A stretch of DNA of 51,694 nucleotides, taken from Bacteroides uniformis. GTDB lineage: Bacteria; Bacillota_I; Bacilli_A; RFN20; CAG-288. Where the stretch lies: NCBI GenBank assembly GCA_963600815.1, contig CAVCCX010000007.1, positions 1 through 51,694 of the forward strand, written 5' to 3'. The translations under genes were made by a program, and so were the position numbers. Below, in pieces: positions 1-9,476 of this stretch. The first letter of the stretch is position 1; each line of letters begins with the position of its first letter. Under the pieces are notes generated by a model that had not been told where the DNA came from, did no database searches, and saw only the letters and a program-made list of their open reading frames with translations.

Positions 1-174
1 AGGATATTCTTCCTTGTCATGGGTATCTTTCGTCACCAGGATGACATCATCCTCCATCACCTTGTTCTTCAGGACGGAAACGACATTTCTGACAGTCTTT
101 TCATATCCTTTGTAGCCTAGGCACATAGAGAGGAAATCATTCTGCATATCGACGATGATGAATACGTTTTTCAT
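1..174 (-). CDS. cysteine hydrolase / isochorismatase-family (nicotinamidase-like) protein; N-terminal 58 codons only, gene runs off the left edge
   Basis: Own translation from ATG 174..172: MKNVFIIVDMQNDFLSMCLGYKGYEKTVRNVVSVLKNKVMEDDVILVTKDTHDKEEYP. IIVDMQNDF is the family N-terminal motif. GAGG lies 8 nt upstream. Confidence 0.6.
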   Translation of the reverse strand, partial: MKNVFIIVDMQNDFLSMCLGYKGYEKTVRNVVSVLKNKVMEDDVILVTKDTHDKEEYP

Positions 175-184
175 TTTCCTGACC

Positions 185-1912
185 TCAATGGAACTGAGAA
201 GAATACATGGAATAATAGAATCCCTTCTTCTCCATCAATGTCTGATGATTGCCGGTCTCGATGACATGTCCATCCTTCAGGACCAGGATGAGAGAGGCCT
301 TCTGAATGGTGGAAAGACGGTGTGCGATGACGATGCTGGTTCGATTCTTCATGATGGCATCGAAGGCATCGGTGATGAGCTTTTCTGTACGGGTATCGAC
401 GTTGCTGGTCGCTTCATCGAGAATGACGATATCGGGTTCAAGAAGCATGACTCTGGCGATGGTGAGCATCTGTCTTTCACCCTCGGAGAGACCTTCCTTG
501 GCCGAGACCTTCGTGTCATAGCCATAGGGAAGCGTATTGATGAAGAAATCCGCATGGGCTTTTTTGCAGGCGGCCTTGACTTCCTCATCCGTAGCGGATG
601 GCTTGGCATAGCGGACATTTTCCATGACCGTTCCAGAGAAAATCCATGTCTCCTGCAGAACCATGCCGAAATTCGAACGGAGGGAGGATTTCCTGATGTC
701 CGTTCCCTTGACGCCGTTATAGAGAATGGCACCCTGGGTTGGATCATAGAATCGCATCAATACATTGATCAAAGTGGATTTTCCAGCACCGGTCGGACCG
801 ACGATAGCCACGGAATCTCCCTTGTGGATGACTTCATTGAAGTCCTCGATGAGTTTCTGCTCCGGTTCATAGGAGAACCACATCTTATCGAACTTCATCT
901 CCTGGATATTCGAAATCTCCATTTTTCCTTCATCGACATCATCTTCCTTGTTGAGGAAGTCATTGATTCTCTTGAAGGAGAAGACAGCCGTCTCATATTC
1001 GCTTAAGACGCCACTGATTTCGTTAAACGGCTTTGTATAGCTGGTGGTATAGCTTAGGAAGGAGGAGAGTTTTCCAATCGACATCGAAAGAATCGGATAA
1101 GTCGCCGTCAGAGGAATCATGATGATGCCGCTGATACCGATGAGACAATAGATGGTATTGTTGACAAGTCTTGTCGTTGGATTGGTCCAGGAGGCCGAGA
1201 AGAGAGCAATCTTTCCTTCTTTTCTGAGTTCTTCGTTCTGGGACTCGAATTTCCTTAAGGAGTCATCCTGGAAGTTCAGTGACTGGAGAAGGTCGGAATT
1301 GTTGATGGCTTCCATAGAAAGACCGTTAAGTTCCGACTGAAGTTTGGCCTGCTTCTTGAAGTACTTGTGGGAGAAATTGGCAACAAAGCGGCTGACGATG
1401 AGGCTCAAAGGCGAAAGGAGAATGACTCCCAAAGCCAGAATCCAGTTGGTGATGAACATCATGATGATGGTGATCACGATGGCAAGGACACCTTCAATCA
1501 AGGACTTGAACACCGAGAAGAGACCATTGGCCACATTCTCGACATCGCCGATCTCAAGTTGGACAAGATTTCCCTGGCTTTCCTTGAAGATCGTATCGAT
1601 GGAGACGTTGTTGAGCTTGTGATAGGTGTCGTTTCTCATCTCATAGATGATTTCCTGGGTCATGACACCGACGGAATATTCGAAGAAGAAATCAGCAAAG
1701 GCACCAAAGATGGATAATCCAAGAGAAAGGAAGATGAAAAGGAAGAAGATATTTTTCTTACTATCGATAGCCGCATCCAAGGCATAGCCGACAAAGAGAG
1801 GCTGGGAGAGCTGGGCAACCAAGAAGACAAGAACGGATAAGGCAATCAGGACAATCTTCTTTTTCTGTGGAAGAAGATAGGAGAAAAAACGTTTTTTGTA
1901 ATCCATGATCAT
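185..1912 (-). CDS. ABC exporter permease/ATPase fusion subunit with a canonical ATP site
   Basis: ORF 185..1963 trimmed to the ATG at 1912, which forms an ATGA overlap with the upstream stop. Six-TM N-terminal half. Walker A GPTGAGKST, signature LSEGERQ, Walker B IVILDEATS, H-loop IAHRLST. Confidence 0.9.
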   Translation of the reverse strand: MIMDYKKRFFSYLLPQKKKIVLIALSVLVFLVAQLSQPLFVGYALDAAIDSKKNIFFLFIFLSLGLSIFGAFADFFFEYSVGVMTQEIIYEMRNDTYHKLNNVSIDTIFKESQGNLVQLEIGDVENVANGLFSVFKSLIEGVLAIVITIIMMFITNWILALGVILLSPLSLIVSRFVANFSHKYFKKQAKLQSELNGLSMEAINNSDLLQSLNFQDDSLRKFESQNEELRKEGKIALFSASWTNPTTRLVNNTIYCLIGISGIIMIPLTATYPILSMSIGKLSSFLSYTTSYTKPFNEISGVLSEYETAVFSFKRINDFLNKEDDVDEGKMEISNIQEMKFDKMWFSYEPEQKLIEDFNEVIHKGDSVAIVGPTGAGKSTLINVLMRFYDPTQGAILYNGVKGTDIRKSSLRSNFGMVLQETWIFSGTVMENVRYAKPSATDEEVKAACKKAHADFFINTLPYGYDTKVSAKEGLSEGERQMLTIARVMLLEPDIVILDEATSNVDTRTEKLITDAFDAIMKNRTSIVIAHRLSTIQKASLILVLKDGHVIETGNHQTLMEKKGFYYSMYSSQFH

Positions 1913-3750
1913 TCTTCTCCTTTCTGAACCTGCGAGAGATAGGTTTCTTTGTAAATCGGACAATTCTTCATCAATTCATCATGATTTCCCTGTCCGATGA
2001 TTTCGCCGCCTTCCAAGACAAGGATCTTGTCGCATTCGCTGACGGTGGAGACTCTTTGGGAGACGATGATCTTCGTGATGTTCTGATAATGTTCAGAGAT
2101 ATTGCTTCGGACCTTCTTATCGGTCAGAAGATCGAGTGCGGAGGTCGAATCATCCAGGATGATGATCTCCGGCTTCTTCACCAGTGCTCTGGCGATGCAG
2201 AGTCTCTGTCTCTGTCCGCCGGAGAAATTCTTTCCGCCTTCCTCGACTTCATGGTCGAAGCCATCTTCATAGCGGCTGACAAACTCATAGGCCATGGAAT
2301 CACTCATGGCATTCTTGATATCCTCGTCACTGGCGGATGGGTTTGCCATTCTCATATTCGAGCCGAGTGTTCCCTTGAAAAGAACGGATTTCTGAGGAAC
2401 AAGGGCGATTTCATCACGAAGAGATTCCAAAGAATAATTGCGGATATCTTCCTTCTTATATTTCACTTGGCCGTTTGTGGCATCCAGGAAACGTTCCATG
2501 AGGTTGATGAGGGTGGATTTTCCGCTTCCGGTACCGCCGATGATACCTAAGGATTCACCTTTCTTGAGTGTGAAATCGATGTTCTTCAGAGCCATGTTTC
2601 CGCCTTCTTTGTAGGCCAAATCGACATGATCGAAGGAGAAGATTTCCTCACCCAGAGGATAATCCTTCTTCACAAGCGGCTTTTCGGCATCATGGATCTT
2701 CGGCTGAATTGCCAAGACTTCATCCACACGCTTTGCTGAGACATTGGCCTTGGTGAGGACCATGACGACATTCGTCAACTGAACCAGCGTCGTGAAAATC
2801 TGTGCTAAATAAGCAACCAGGGTGATGACCGTGCTCGAATAGGCTCTTCCGGATTGGGCATTTGCGGAGAACATCGGAAGTCCGCCGATCAGAATGACGG
2901 CCAAGGTGGCCAAAGCGATGATGGCGAAGGTCAGCGGGTTGATCAAGGCATTGAGAAAATTGACCTTGATGGAATTTTCCTTATAGACACCCGTGATTTC
3001 CTGGAAGGATTTTTCTTCATAGTCCTGTCTGTTGAAGGCACGGATGACCTTGCTTCCTTCCAAGGTATCGCCGGTCTTGATGGAAATATTGTCGAGTTTC
3101 TTCTGGATGGCAAGATATTCCTTGCTCGACTTCTTCATGATGAAGAAGACGACAAAGAGAATCAAAGGAACAATGCTGACAAAGACAAGTCCGATCTGCC
3201 AGTTCAGGATGAGAGAGATGACAATGGCACCCAAGATGATGAACGGGGCACGGACAATCAGACGGATGAAAATCAAAACACCCTGCTGAACCATATAGGA
3301 ATCGGCATTGAGCGTTGTCAAAAGACGGGCATTTCCCAATTCCTCTCTTTCCATCTTCGAGAAGGAAAGAATCTTTTCATAAAGGGAATTTCTCACATCA
3401 CATCCCACAGCCATGGCTGTCTTGGCGGCGATGTATTGGGTGAGCATGGTGGTTGCAAATCCCAAGATGCCCATGATGAGAATGATGACGCCACCGATGA
3501 TGGCATAATTCAGATTCGGATTATCCTTGATCCACACACCAAAAAGCGAGATGAATTTCGAGAGTGCAAGAATGATCGGATTGGTCTCCGAATCGATGGC
3601 ACGGACACCATCAAATTCCGACATATCGATGATGGTCTTCATGAACAAGGGAATCAGTAAGTCGAAGACGGCTTCGATCATCTTCAGCGTCGGACCCAAC
3701 GTGAAAGCGATGGGATGACGTTTGTAAGCCTGCGATGTTTTTTCAATCAT
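1909..3750 (-). CDS. ABC exporter permease/ATPase fusion subunit with a degenerate ATP site
   Basis: ORF 1909..3777 trimmed to the ATG at 3750, 7 nt after AAGAGG. Walker A GGTGSGKST, signature FSGGQRQ. Walker B is IIILDDSTS (Asp replaces the catalytic Glu) and the H-loop is VSQRVST (Gln replaces His). Confidence 0.9.
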   Translation of the reverse strand: MIEKTSQAYKRHPIAFTLGPTLKMIEAVFDLLIPLFMKTIIDMSEFDGVRAIDSETNPIILALSKFISLFGVWIKDNPNLNYAIIGGVIILIMGILGFATTMLTQYIAAKTAMAVGCDVRNSLYEKILSFSKMEREELGNARLLTTLNADSYMVQQGVLIFIRLIVRAPFIILGAIVISLILNWQIGLVFVSIVPLILFVVFFIMKKSSKEYLAIQKKLDNISIKTGDTLEGSKVIRAFNRQDYEEKSFQEITGVYKENSIKVNFLNALINPLTFAIIALATLAVILIGGLPMFSANAQSGRAYSSTVITLVAYLAQIFTTLVQLTNVVMVLTKANVSAKRVDEVLAIQPKIHDAEKPLVKKDYPLGEEIFSFDHVDLAYKEGGNMALKNIDFTLKKGESLGIIGGTGSGKSTLINLMERFLDATNGQVKYKKEDIRNYSLESLRDEIALVPQKSVLFKGTLGSNMRMANPSASDEDIKNAMSDSMAYEFVSRYEDGFDHEVEEGGKNFSGGQRQRLCIARALVKKPEIIILDDSTSALDLLTDKKVRSNISEHYQNITKIIVSQRVSTVSECDKILVLEGGEIIGQGNHDELMKNCPIYKETYLSQVQKGEE

Positions 3751-3903
3751 AGTCATACCTCTTTCTAAAAAACGCAATCTATTTTACTCGACTCATTCAT
3801 TAAAAGATATAAGAAAAAAGAATAATTATCGTAACTCGTTGTTTTGCGCAAAAACATAGGGATATAAGTTTACGTATGTTTATCATTTCGTGCCACAAAA
3901 TGA

Positions 3904-3932
3904 TTGAAACTCCTTTTTGAGAATGGTAAAAT
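3904..3932 (+). promoter_or_regulatory. sigma-A-type promoter of the rimP-nusA-infB operon
   Basis: TTGAAA (3904..3909), 17-nt spacer ending in TGG, then TAAAAT (3927..3932). Confidence 0.5.
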
Positions 3933-4001
3933 AGGGTTGCTAGGGAAACCTAGAGACATACTTTCCGCAAGAAAGCATGTGACATTCTTAAGCAAAATTA
4001 A

Positions 4002-4038
4002 GAGTGGATCTCCTTTTTGGAGGTCCACTCTTTGTTTT
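4002..4038 (+). terminator. intrinsic terminator in the rimP-nusA leader (candidate attenuator)
   Basis: GAGTGGATCTCC, loop TTTTT, GGAGGTCCACTC forms a 12-bp stem with one G-U pair, followed by TTTGTTTT. It sits 12 nt before the rimP ATG, downstream of the promoter at 3904. Confidence 0.6.
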
Positions 4039-4050
4039 CAGAAAGGGGAC

Positions 4051-4506
4051 ATGATGGATCTTACAAACATCGATGAAATACTGAAAAAAGCCTGTGATGA
4101 GCTCTCTCTGACGCTTGTTTCCACCCGTTTCTACAAAGATCCGGAGATGGGCGACTTGCTCGAAGTTCTCATCGACAAGGACTACAACATCACCATGGAT
4201 GAGATTGAAGCCTTCACCGAGAAGGTCAATCCTCTTCTTGATGCCCTTCCCGAATTGGATATTCCCTATACATTGGATATCTCCTCTGGCGGAAGTGAAA
4301 GAGAGATTCCCTTTGAGGATTTAGGAAAGCTCCTGGATCATTATCTGGACATCAAACTGAAAAAGTCCGGTGAGACCATCACCATCAAGCCTCTCTCCTT
4401 TGAAGAAGGTGTCCTGAAGGGACAGTACTTCATCAAGGGAAGAAAAAAGAGTGTCGAGCTGACAAAAGAAGATATCGAGTCGATTCATATGGGCTACAAG
4501 GCCTAG
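4051..4506 (+). CDS. rimP: ribosome maturation factor RimP
   Basis: The ORF 3904..4506 would begin on the -35 hexamer, so it was trimmed to ATG 4051 after GAAAGGGG. Size of 151 aa and position directly upstream of nusA fit RimP. Confidence 0.75.
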   Translation: MMDLTNIDEILKKACDELSLTLVSTRFYKDPEMGDLLEVLIDKDYNITMDEIEAFTEKVNPLLDALPELDIPYTLDISSGGSEREIPFEDLGKLLDHYLDIKLKKSGETITIKPLSFEEGVLKGQYFIKGRKKSVELTKEDIESIHMGYKA

Positions 4507-4542
4507 AAGAATAAAAAGACATAATTGGAGGAATAGAATACT

Positions 4543-6435
4543 ATGTCTGAAGAAAATGAAGTTTTAGACGAAGCCGTCGAACCCGAAGAGGAAGAAATCG
4601 AAGAGGCCCCGAAGAAGAGAAGAGGCCACAAATCCACTTCGAAGCCGATCACCGGCAAAATCAAATGCGATGATTTCACCACCGCCATCGGAGAAATCCA
4701 GAGCGATTCCTACGTTTCTTCCGATCAGGTCATCGACATTCTCATTTCGACCATGCAGCAGGCCTATCTCGAATGGTCCTATCCGGGATTGTTCAAAGAC
4801 AAGGATTCCACCGATCCAGCCAAGGAACTGATCAAGTGCGAAGTGAACCTTTCCAACTCCTTCTCCAAATTCACCATCTACGATATCAAGACCGTCACCG
4901 AAGAAGATGACATCGTCGATGATGCCTATCAGATTTCCCTCGAGGATGCCCAGGAACTCAAGCCGAACTGCAAGATCGGTGATTCCATCAAGATCAAGTT
5001 CGATACCACCAAGCTCGACAAAACCTATGTCCGAAGAGTCAAGCAGCTTTTCCAGTCCAAGATCAAGGAAGCCAGCAAGGCAGCCGTCTTAGCTGTCTAT
5101 CAGGACAAGATCGGCGATATCATCGAAGGCACCGTCACCAAGATCGAACAGGATGGCTCTTCCTATGAAATCAATTTCGGAAAGGCCACCGGAACCCTCA
5201 GAAGAAACAACAAGCTCAACAGCGACCGCTTTGTCATCGGTGACCGCGTCCTTGTCCATCTTTCCGATGTGTCGGATAAGAGCAACCCGCCGAGTCTCGT
5301 CATCTCGAGAACCAGCCGCGAATTCATCGAGAAACTTCTCGAAAGAGCAGTTCCGGAAATCAAGGAAGGCATCGTCAGCATCAAGGCCTGCGAAAGAGAC
5401 CCTGGAAAGAGAACCAAGATCTTTGTCGATTCCAACAACGAGAACATCGATCCGGTCGGAACCTGCATCGGCCCTGAAAGCAGCCGTGTCCGCTCCGTCC
5501 TCGATCAGATCGGAAGTGAAAAGATCGATATCGTCCGCTATTATCCAAATAAGGCCCTCCAGGTCATCGAAGCCATGAAGCCAGCCATTGTCATCGGCTT
5601 GACCTGCCCTGAGGATTTCTTCGATCCGAATGTCCATTATGATGAGCTCGAGCAGGACCGCGACTATGAATATCCAAAGATCACAGCCGTCGTCAACAAC
5701 GGAAACCAGGGTGTCGCCATCGGTACGAATGGTGTCAACGTCCGTCTTGCTTCCCGCATCACCCACTGCACCATCTCCGTCCTTCAGTCCGATGATGCCA
5801 TCGCCTCCGGAACCAAATATCTCATGGTCCCGGATATCCTCAAGATGGTCAAAGGCACGAATGGCGAAGAAGCTGTCAGTGAAGAGACTCCTCTTGATGA
5901 TGAGGAATTCGCTGAAGAAATCCATGATGAAGAAGTGATTCCGAATATTCCTGAAGAAAAGCCAGCCGCCACAATCGAGACGCCGGTCGTCGAAGAAAAG
6001 CCGGCTGAAGAAGCTGTTGTCGAAGAAAAGAAGGTCGAAGAAACTCCTGTCAAGGAAGAACCTGCCGCTGAGCCGGTGATCGATCCTGTCAAGCAGGCCA
6101 AGGAAGAAACCAAAGCCAAAGAGAAGGAAGAGAAGGAAGTCATCGAACACGTCGAAATCAAGAACAAGCCACGCATCTCCCTTGAAGAACTCGAAGAAGC
6201 TCTCACCAGCAAGAAAGGTCCGAGCGAAACCCGTTCCTACAAGAAGAAGTGGAAGAAGAACGACGAGGAAGAGAAGGAAGCTGCCTCGACAGCCAGCAAG
6301 GTCTCTGCCATGCCGATCTACACCGAAGAGGAACTCAAAAAGATGGACGAAGAACAGTCCAACGAAGAGGAATCCTATGAGGACGAGATCGATTATGATC
6401 AGTACGATTCCGACGAATACTATGACCAGAAGTAA
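4543..6435 (+). CDS. nusA: transcription termination/antitermination factor NusA with N- and C-terminal low-complexity extensions
   Basis: 630 aa. NusA N-terminal, S1 and tandem KH regions are recognisable (GDIIEGTVTKIE, ERDPGKRTKI, GPESSRV). GGAGG lies upstream. Sits in rimP-nusA-ylxR synteny. Confidence 0.9.
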   Translation: MSEENEVLDEAVEPEEEEIEEAPKKRRGHKSTSKPITGKIKCDDFTTAIGEIQSDSYVSSDQVIDILISTMQQAYLEWSYPGLFKDKDSTDPAKELIKCEVNLSNSFSKFTIYDIKTVTEEDDIVDDAYQISLEDAQELKPNCKIGDSIKIKFDTTKLDKTYVRRVKQLFQSKIKEASKAAVLAVYQDKIGDIIEGTVTKIEQDGSSYEINFGKATGTLRRNNKLNSDRFVIGDRVLVHLSDVSDKSNPPSLVISRTSREFIEKLLERAVPEIKEGIVSIKACERDPGKRTKIFVDSNNENIDPVGTCIGPESSRVRSVLDQIGSEKIDIVRYYPNKALQVIEAMKPAIVIGLTCPEDFFDPNVHYDELEQDRDYEYPKITAVVNNGNQGVAIGTNGVNVRLASRITHCTISVLQSDDAIASGTKYLMVPDILKMVKGTNGEEAVSEETPLDDEEFAEEIHDEEVIPNIPEEKPAATIETPVVEEKPAEEAVVEEKKVEETPVKEEPAAEPVIDPVKQAKEETKAKEKEEKEVIEHVEIKNKPRISLEELEEALTSKKGPSETRSYKKKWKKNDEEEKEAASTASKVSAMPIYTEEELKKMDEEQSNEEESYEDEIDYDQYDSDEYYDQK

Positions 6436-6438
6436 TGG

Positions 6439-6717
6439 ATGAATAAGAAAAAAATCATTTACAGAATGGATTTTTCCACACGTCAATGCTATCCCATAGA
6501 GGAGATGTTCCGTCTGACCAAAAAGGACGGAACCCTTCGATTCGATAAAGAGAATACATTGGGTGGAAGAGGAATCTATTTGCATAAAGACGAGGAAAAT
6601 CTACAAACCATCTTCACGAAAGGGAAACTGAAACGTTTCACCTCATCCAAGGAAGATCTTTCCCGCCTGGAAAGGGAGTTATCGAATGCTCTCGGAAAAT
6701 CAAAAGAAGAAGCTTGA
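6439..6717 (+). CDS. ylxR: YlxR/RnpM-family (DUF448) RNA-binding protein
   Basis: 92 aa with RQCYPIEEMFRL and GGRGIYLH, the YlxR signature. Position between nusA and infB. Confidence 0.8.
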   Translation: MNKKKIIYRMDFSTRQCYPIEEMFRLTKKDGTLRFDKENTLGGRGIYLHKDEENLQTIFTKGKLKRFTSSKEDLSRLERELSNALGKSKEEA

Positions 6718-7018
6718 TACGTATTTCGGCTTTGCCATGAAGAAGAAAACCGTCTATGTCGGAATGAAGATGGAGGAACTCCTTTCGAGAAAGAGATTGG
6801 ATACGCTCCTCCTTCTTCCTTCGATTTCCGACAAGAAAAAAGAAGAACTCGAACACTACAAGACCCTGAATCCAAACCTTGTCATCTATCACTATCAGGG
6901 TGAAGACTACGATATAAAGAATATCCTCGGCTATGATTTGCTCAACGCCTGCGGCATCAAAGACGTGCATCTCTACAAAGCCATTGTGGATATACTCAAA
7001 GAAGACGTCAAAAAATAG
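6686..7018 (+). CDS. ylxQ: L7Ae/L30e-family RNA-binding protein (YlxQ-like)
   Basis: 110 aa overlapping the ylxR 3' end. Conserved position before infB. The family call rests on size and synteny. Confidence 0.65.
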   Translation: MLSENQKKKLDTYFGFAMKKKTVYVGMKMEELLSRKRLDTLLLLPSISDKKKEELEHYKTLNPNLVIYHYQGEDYDIKNILGYDLLNACGIKDVHLYKAIVDILKEDVKK

Positions 7019-7029
7019 GAGGTATGCAT

Positions 7030-8835
7030 ATGTCTAAAAAGAAGAGCAACAAGCAGTCAAGCAAGCCGGCTTTCGGCAAGAAGCAGCAGGCCGGAGTCCA
7101 GGATGGCGTTTTCATCTATAATGGACCGATGACATTGGATCAGCTTTGCAAAAGAATCAACGTTTCTCCCTCGGACACCATCAAGAATTTCCTCATGCAA
7201 GGCAAATTGATTTCCCTCAATACGGTTTTGGATGATGACCTCATCGCGGAAGTGTGTCTGAACAACAATCTCGACTTTAAGAAAGAATCCTCCATCGCTG
7301 TCGATGACTTTACCAAGGCGAATGTCTTTGACAAGGATTCCGATAACGATTTACGTGCCCCGGTCGTCACCATCATGGGCCATGTCGACCACGGCAAAAC
7401 CACATTGATCGACTGTATCCGCCATTCGAATATCACCAGCGGAGAACATGGCGGCATCACCCAGGAAATCGGTGCCTACCAGAAGATCGTCAACGGAAGA
7501 AAGATCACCTTCATCGATACGCCAGGCCATGAAGCCTTCACGGCCATGCGTGCCAGAGGTGCCTCTGTGACCGATATCGTCGTTTTGGTCGTTGCCGCCG
7601 ATGACGGCGTCAAGCCGCAGACGATCGAAGCCCTCGATCATGCCAAGGCCGCCAACGTTCCGATCATCGTCGCCATCAACAAGTGCGACAAACCCGGAGC
7701 CCAGGTCGAAAGAGTCAAGCAGCAGCTTTCCGGTTTGGGTGTCTTGAGCGAAGACTGGGGTGGAGACACCATGATGTTCGAAATCTCCGCCAAGAAGAAT
7801 CAGGGTGTCGATGAACTCCTCGAAGGCATCCTGACCCTCGCCGAGCTTCTCGAACTGAAGGCCAACAACAATGCCCGCGCCATCGGAAGCGTCATCGAAG
7901 CCACCCTCGACAAGAAGGAAGGTGCAAAAGCAACCCTTTTGGTTCAGAACGGAACTCTTCATGTCGGAGACTTCTTGGCTGTCGGCCAATATTACTGCAA
8001 GGTCAGAAAGATGACCAACGAATTCAATAAGATGCTCAAGGAAGCTCTTCCTTCCACTCCAGTGAGCGTCATCGGTCTTTCCGGTGTTCCGGTTGCCGGC
8101 GATCGCTTCATGGCCTTCGAAGATGAAAAGAGTGCCCGTGAAGCCGCCCAGAAGAGAGCCAATGCCCTTATCAGCGCCAATCCGTCCGGAGCCAGCTTGG
8201 CTGACACGACAAAGGATGGCGATATCAAGAACATCAATCTCATCATCAAGGCCGATACGGAAGGTTCCGCCGAAGCCTTGAAGGCCTCCTTGGAGAAAAT
8301 CGATGTCGAAGGAGCCAAACTCACCGTCCTCCACTGCAATTCCGGTGACGTCAGCCAGGGCGATATCATCCTAGCCAGCGCATCCCACGCCGTCATCCTG
8401 GCCTTCTCGGTGAAGGTTTCCGCCTCCATCAAGGATATGGCCAAGGAACAGAATGTCGAAATCCGTGAATACAACATCATCTACAAGATGCTGGAAGATA
8501 TCGAAGCCGCCATGAAGGGCACCCTCGCCCCAGTCTTCGAGGAAGTCATCTATGGACATCTGGAAGTCCGTTCCCTCTTCAAGGCCAGCAAGGTCGGCCA
8601 GATTGCCGGCTGTATGGTCACAGACGGAACCATCAAGAATTCTTCCTCCATTCGCGTCTTCCGCAATGAGGAATTGGTCCTGAAGACGCATCTCACCTCT
8701 TTGAAGAGATTCAAGGATGATGTCAAGGAAGTTCAGAGCGGTTTTGAATGCGGTCTGACCATCTCGGACAACTTCAATTTGATCGAAGGCGATATCTTGG
8801 AAGCCTTCGGCCAGGAGGAAGTCAAGAATGGCTGA
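7030..8835 (+). CDS. infB: translation initiation factor IF-2
   Basis: G-domain motifs [14 protein letters not shown] and NKCD. Start set at the second ATG, 7 nt after GGAGG. Confidence 0.95.
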   Translation: MSKKKSNKQSSKPAFGKKQQAGVQDGVFIYNGPMTLDQLCKRINVSPSDTIKNFLMQGKLISLNTVLDDDLIAEVCLNNNLDFKKESSIAVDDFTKANVFDKDSDNDLRAPVVTIMGHVDHGKTTLIDCIRHSNITSGEHGGITQEIGAYQKIVNGRKITFIDTPGHEAFTAMRARGASVTDIVVLVVAADDGVKPQTIEALDHAKAANVPIIVAINKCDKPGAQVERVKQQLSGLGVLSEDWGGDTMMFEISAKKNQGVDELLEGILTLAELLELKANNNARAIGSVIEATLDKKEGAKATLLVQNGTLHVGDFLAVGQYYCKVRKMTNEFNKMLKEALPSTPVSVIGLSGVPVAGDRFMAFEDEKSAREAAQKRANALISANPSGASLADTTKDGDIKNINLIIKADTEGSAEALKASLEKIDVEGAKLTVLHCNSGDVSQGDIILASASHAVILAFSVKVSASIKDMAKEQNVEIREYNIIYKMLEDIEAAMKGTLAPVFEEVIYGHLEVRSLFKASKVGQIAGCMVTDGTIKNSSSIRVFRNEELVLKTHLTSLKRFKDDVKEVQSGFECGLTISDNFNLIEGDILEAFGQEEVKNG

Positions 8836-9343
8836 TAAATTCGGACGTGTTCAGCAGATCATCAAGAAGAACCTCAGCGATATCATCATCTTCCAGATGA
8901 AGAACAAGATTTGCGAATTCGCTTCCATCACAGATGTGAAGCTCACCTCCGATTATTCCTATTGCAAAGTCTATGTCTCTCATCTCGAATCGGATAAGAT
9001 CGATGAACTGGTTGCCTTCCTTGATAACCGCAAAGGCTATATCCGCTCGAAACTGGCTGAATCCCTTTCCATCTACAAGACACCCGAACTCATCTTCATC
9101 GCCGACAAGCTCTATGACCAGGCTCATGAGATGGATGTCATGATCAATGATGCCATCAATAGAAAGCCGGTCACCTTGAAGGATGTCTATGGCAAGAACT
9201 ATAAGACACCCGAAGAAAAGGAAGCCCTGAAGAAGAAAAGAGAAGAAGCCAAGAAGGCCAAAGAAAAGACCACTGCCAAGAAAAAGCAGACGGGCAAAAC
9301 CACCAAGAAGTCGACCAAGACGAAAAAAGAAGAAGAAGAATAA
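8828..9343 (+). CDS. rbfA: ribosome-binding factor A with a Lys-rich C-terminal tail
   Basis: 171 aa. 8-nt overlap with the infB stop. RbfA-like core (TDVKLTSDYSYCKVYV) followed by about 55 aa of K/E-rich tail. Confidence 0.85.
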   Translation: MADKFGRVQQIIKKNLSDIIIFQMKNKICEFASITDVKLTSDYSYCKVYVSHLESDKIDELVAFLDNRKGYIRSKLAESLSIYKTPELIFIADKLYDQAHEMDVMINDAINRKPVTLKDVYGKNYKTPEEKEALKKKREEAKKAKEKTTAKKKQTGKTTKKSTKTKKEEEE

Positions 9344-9349
9344 AAAATC

Positions 9350-9402
9350 AGGCTATCAAAGTCCTCGGATACAAAACTATCCAAAGGCTTGATAGCCTTT
9401 TA
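9350..9402 (+). terminator. terminator of the rimP-rbfA operon
   Basis: AGGCTATCAA (9350..9359) pairs with TTGATAGCCT (9389..9398). An inner GGATA/TATCC helix is present, followed by TTTT. Confidence 0.5.
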
Positions 9403-9476
9403 CTATTCCGATAAAAAAGAACTGGTTAAGAAACTTTGTGAAAACCACTGCCCAAAGGAATCTTTTTTTCTCTATT

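Noticed and set aside
3904-4050. The 200-aa version of the rimP ORF starting at TTG 3904.
   Set aside because: The extension would start on the -35 hexamer and read through the leader terminator hairpin. ATG 4051 has a proper GAAAGGGG ribosome-binding site and gives a normal RimP length.
5089-6585. Very long antisense ORFs opposite almost every core gene. Examples are 498 aa opposite nusA, 327 aa opposite infB, 361 aa at 34200..35285, 376 aa at 41400..42530 and 338 aa at 43105..44121.
   Set aside because: They are codon-aligned mirror frames of well-supported genes. Their products are low-complexity D/E/F/L/I/G-rich strings, and they have no SD or promoter. They are explained by the host's avoidance of TTA, CTA and TCA codons, which removes stops from the opposite strand.
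9411-9450. Terminator for ribF on the minus strand.
   Set aside because: The stem (ACTGGTT/AACCACT) is only an imperfect 7 bp with an internal mismatch. The T run is present, but the hairpin is too weak to report as a feature.
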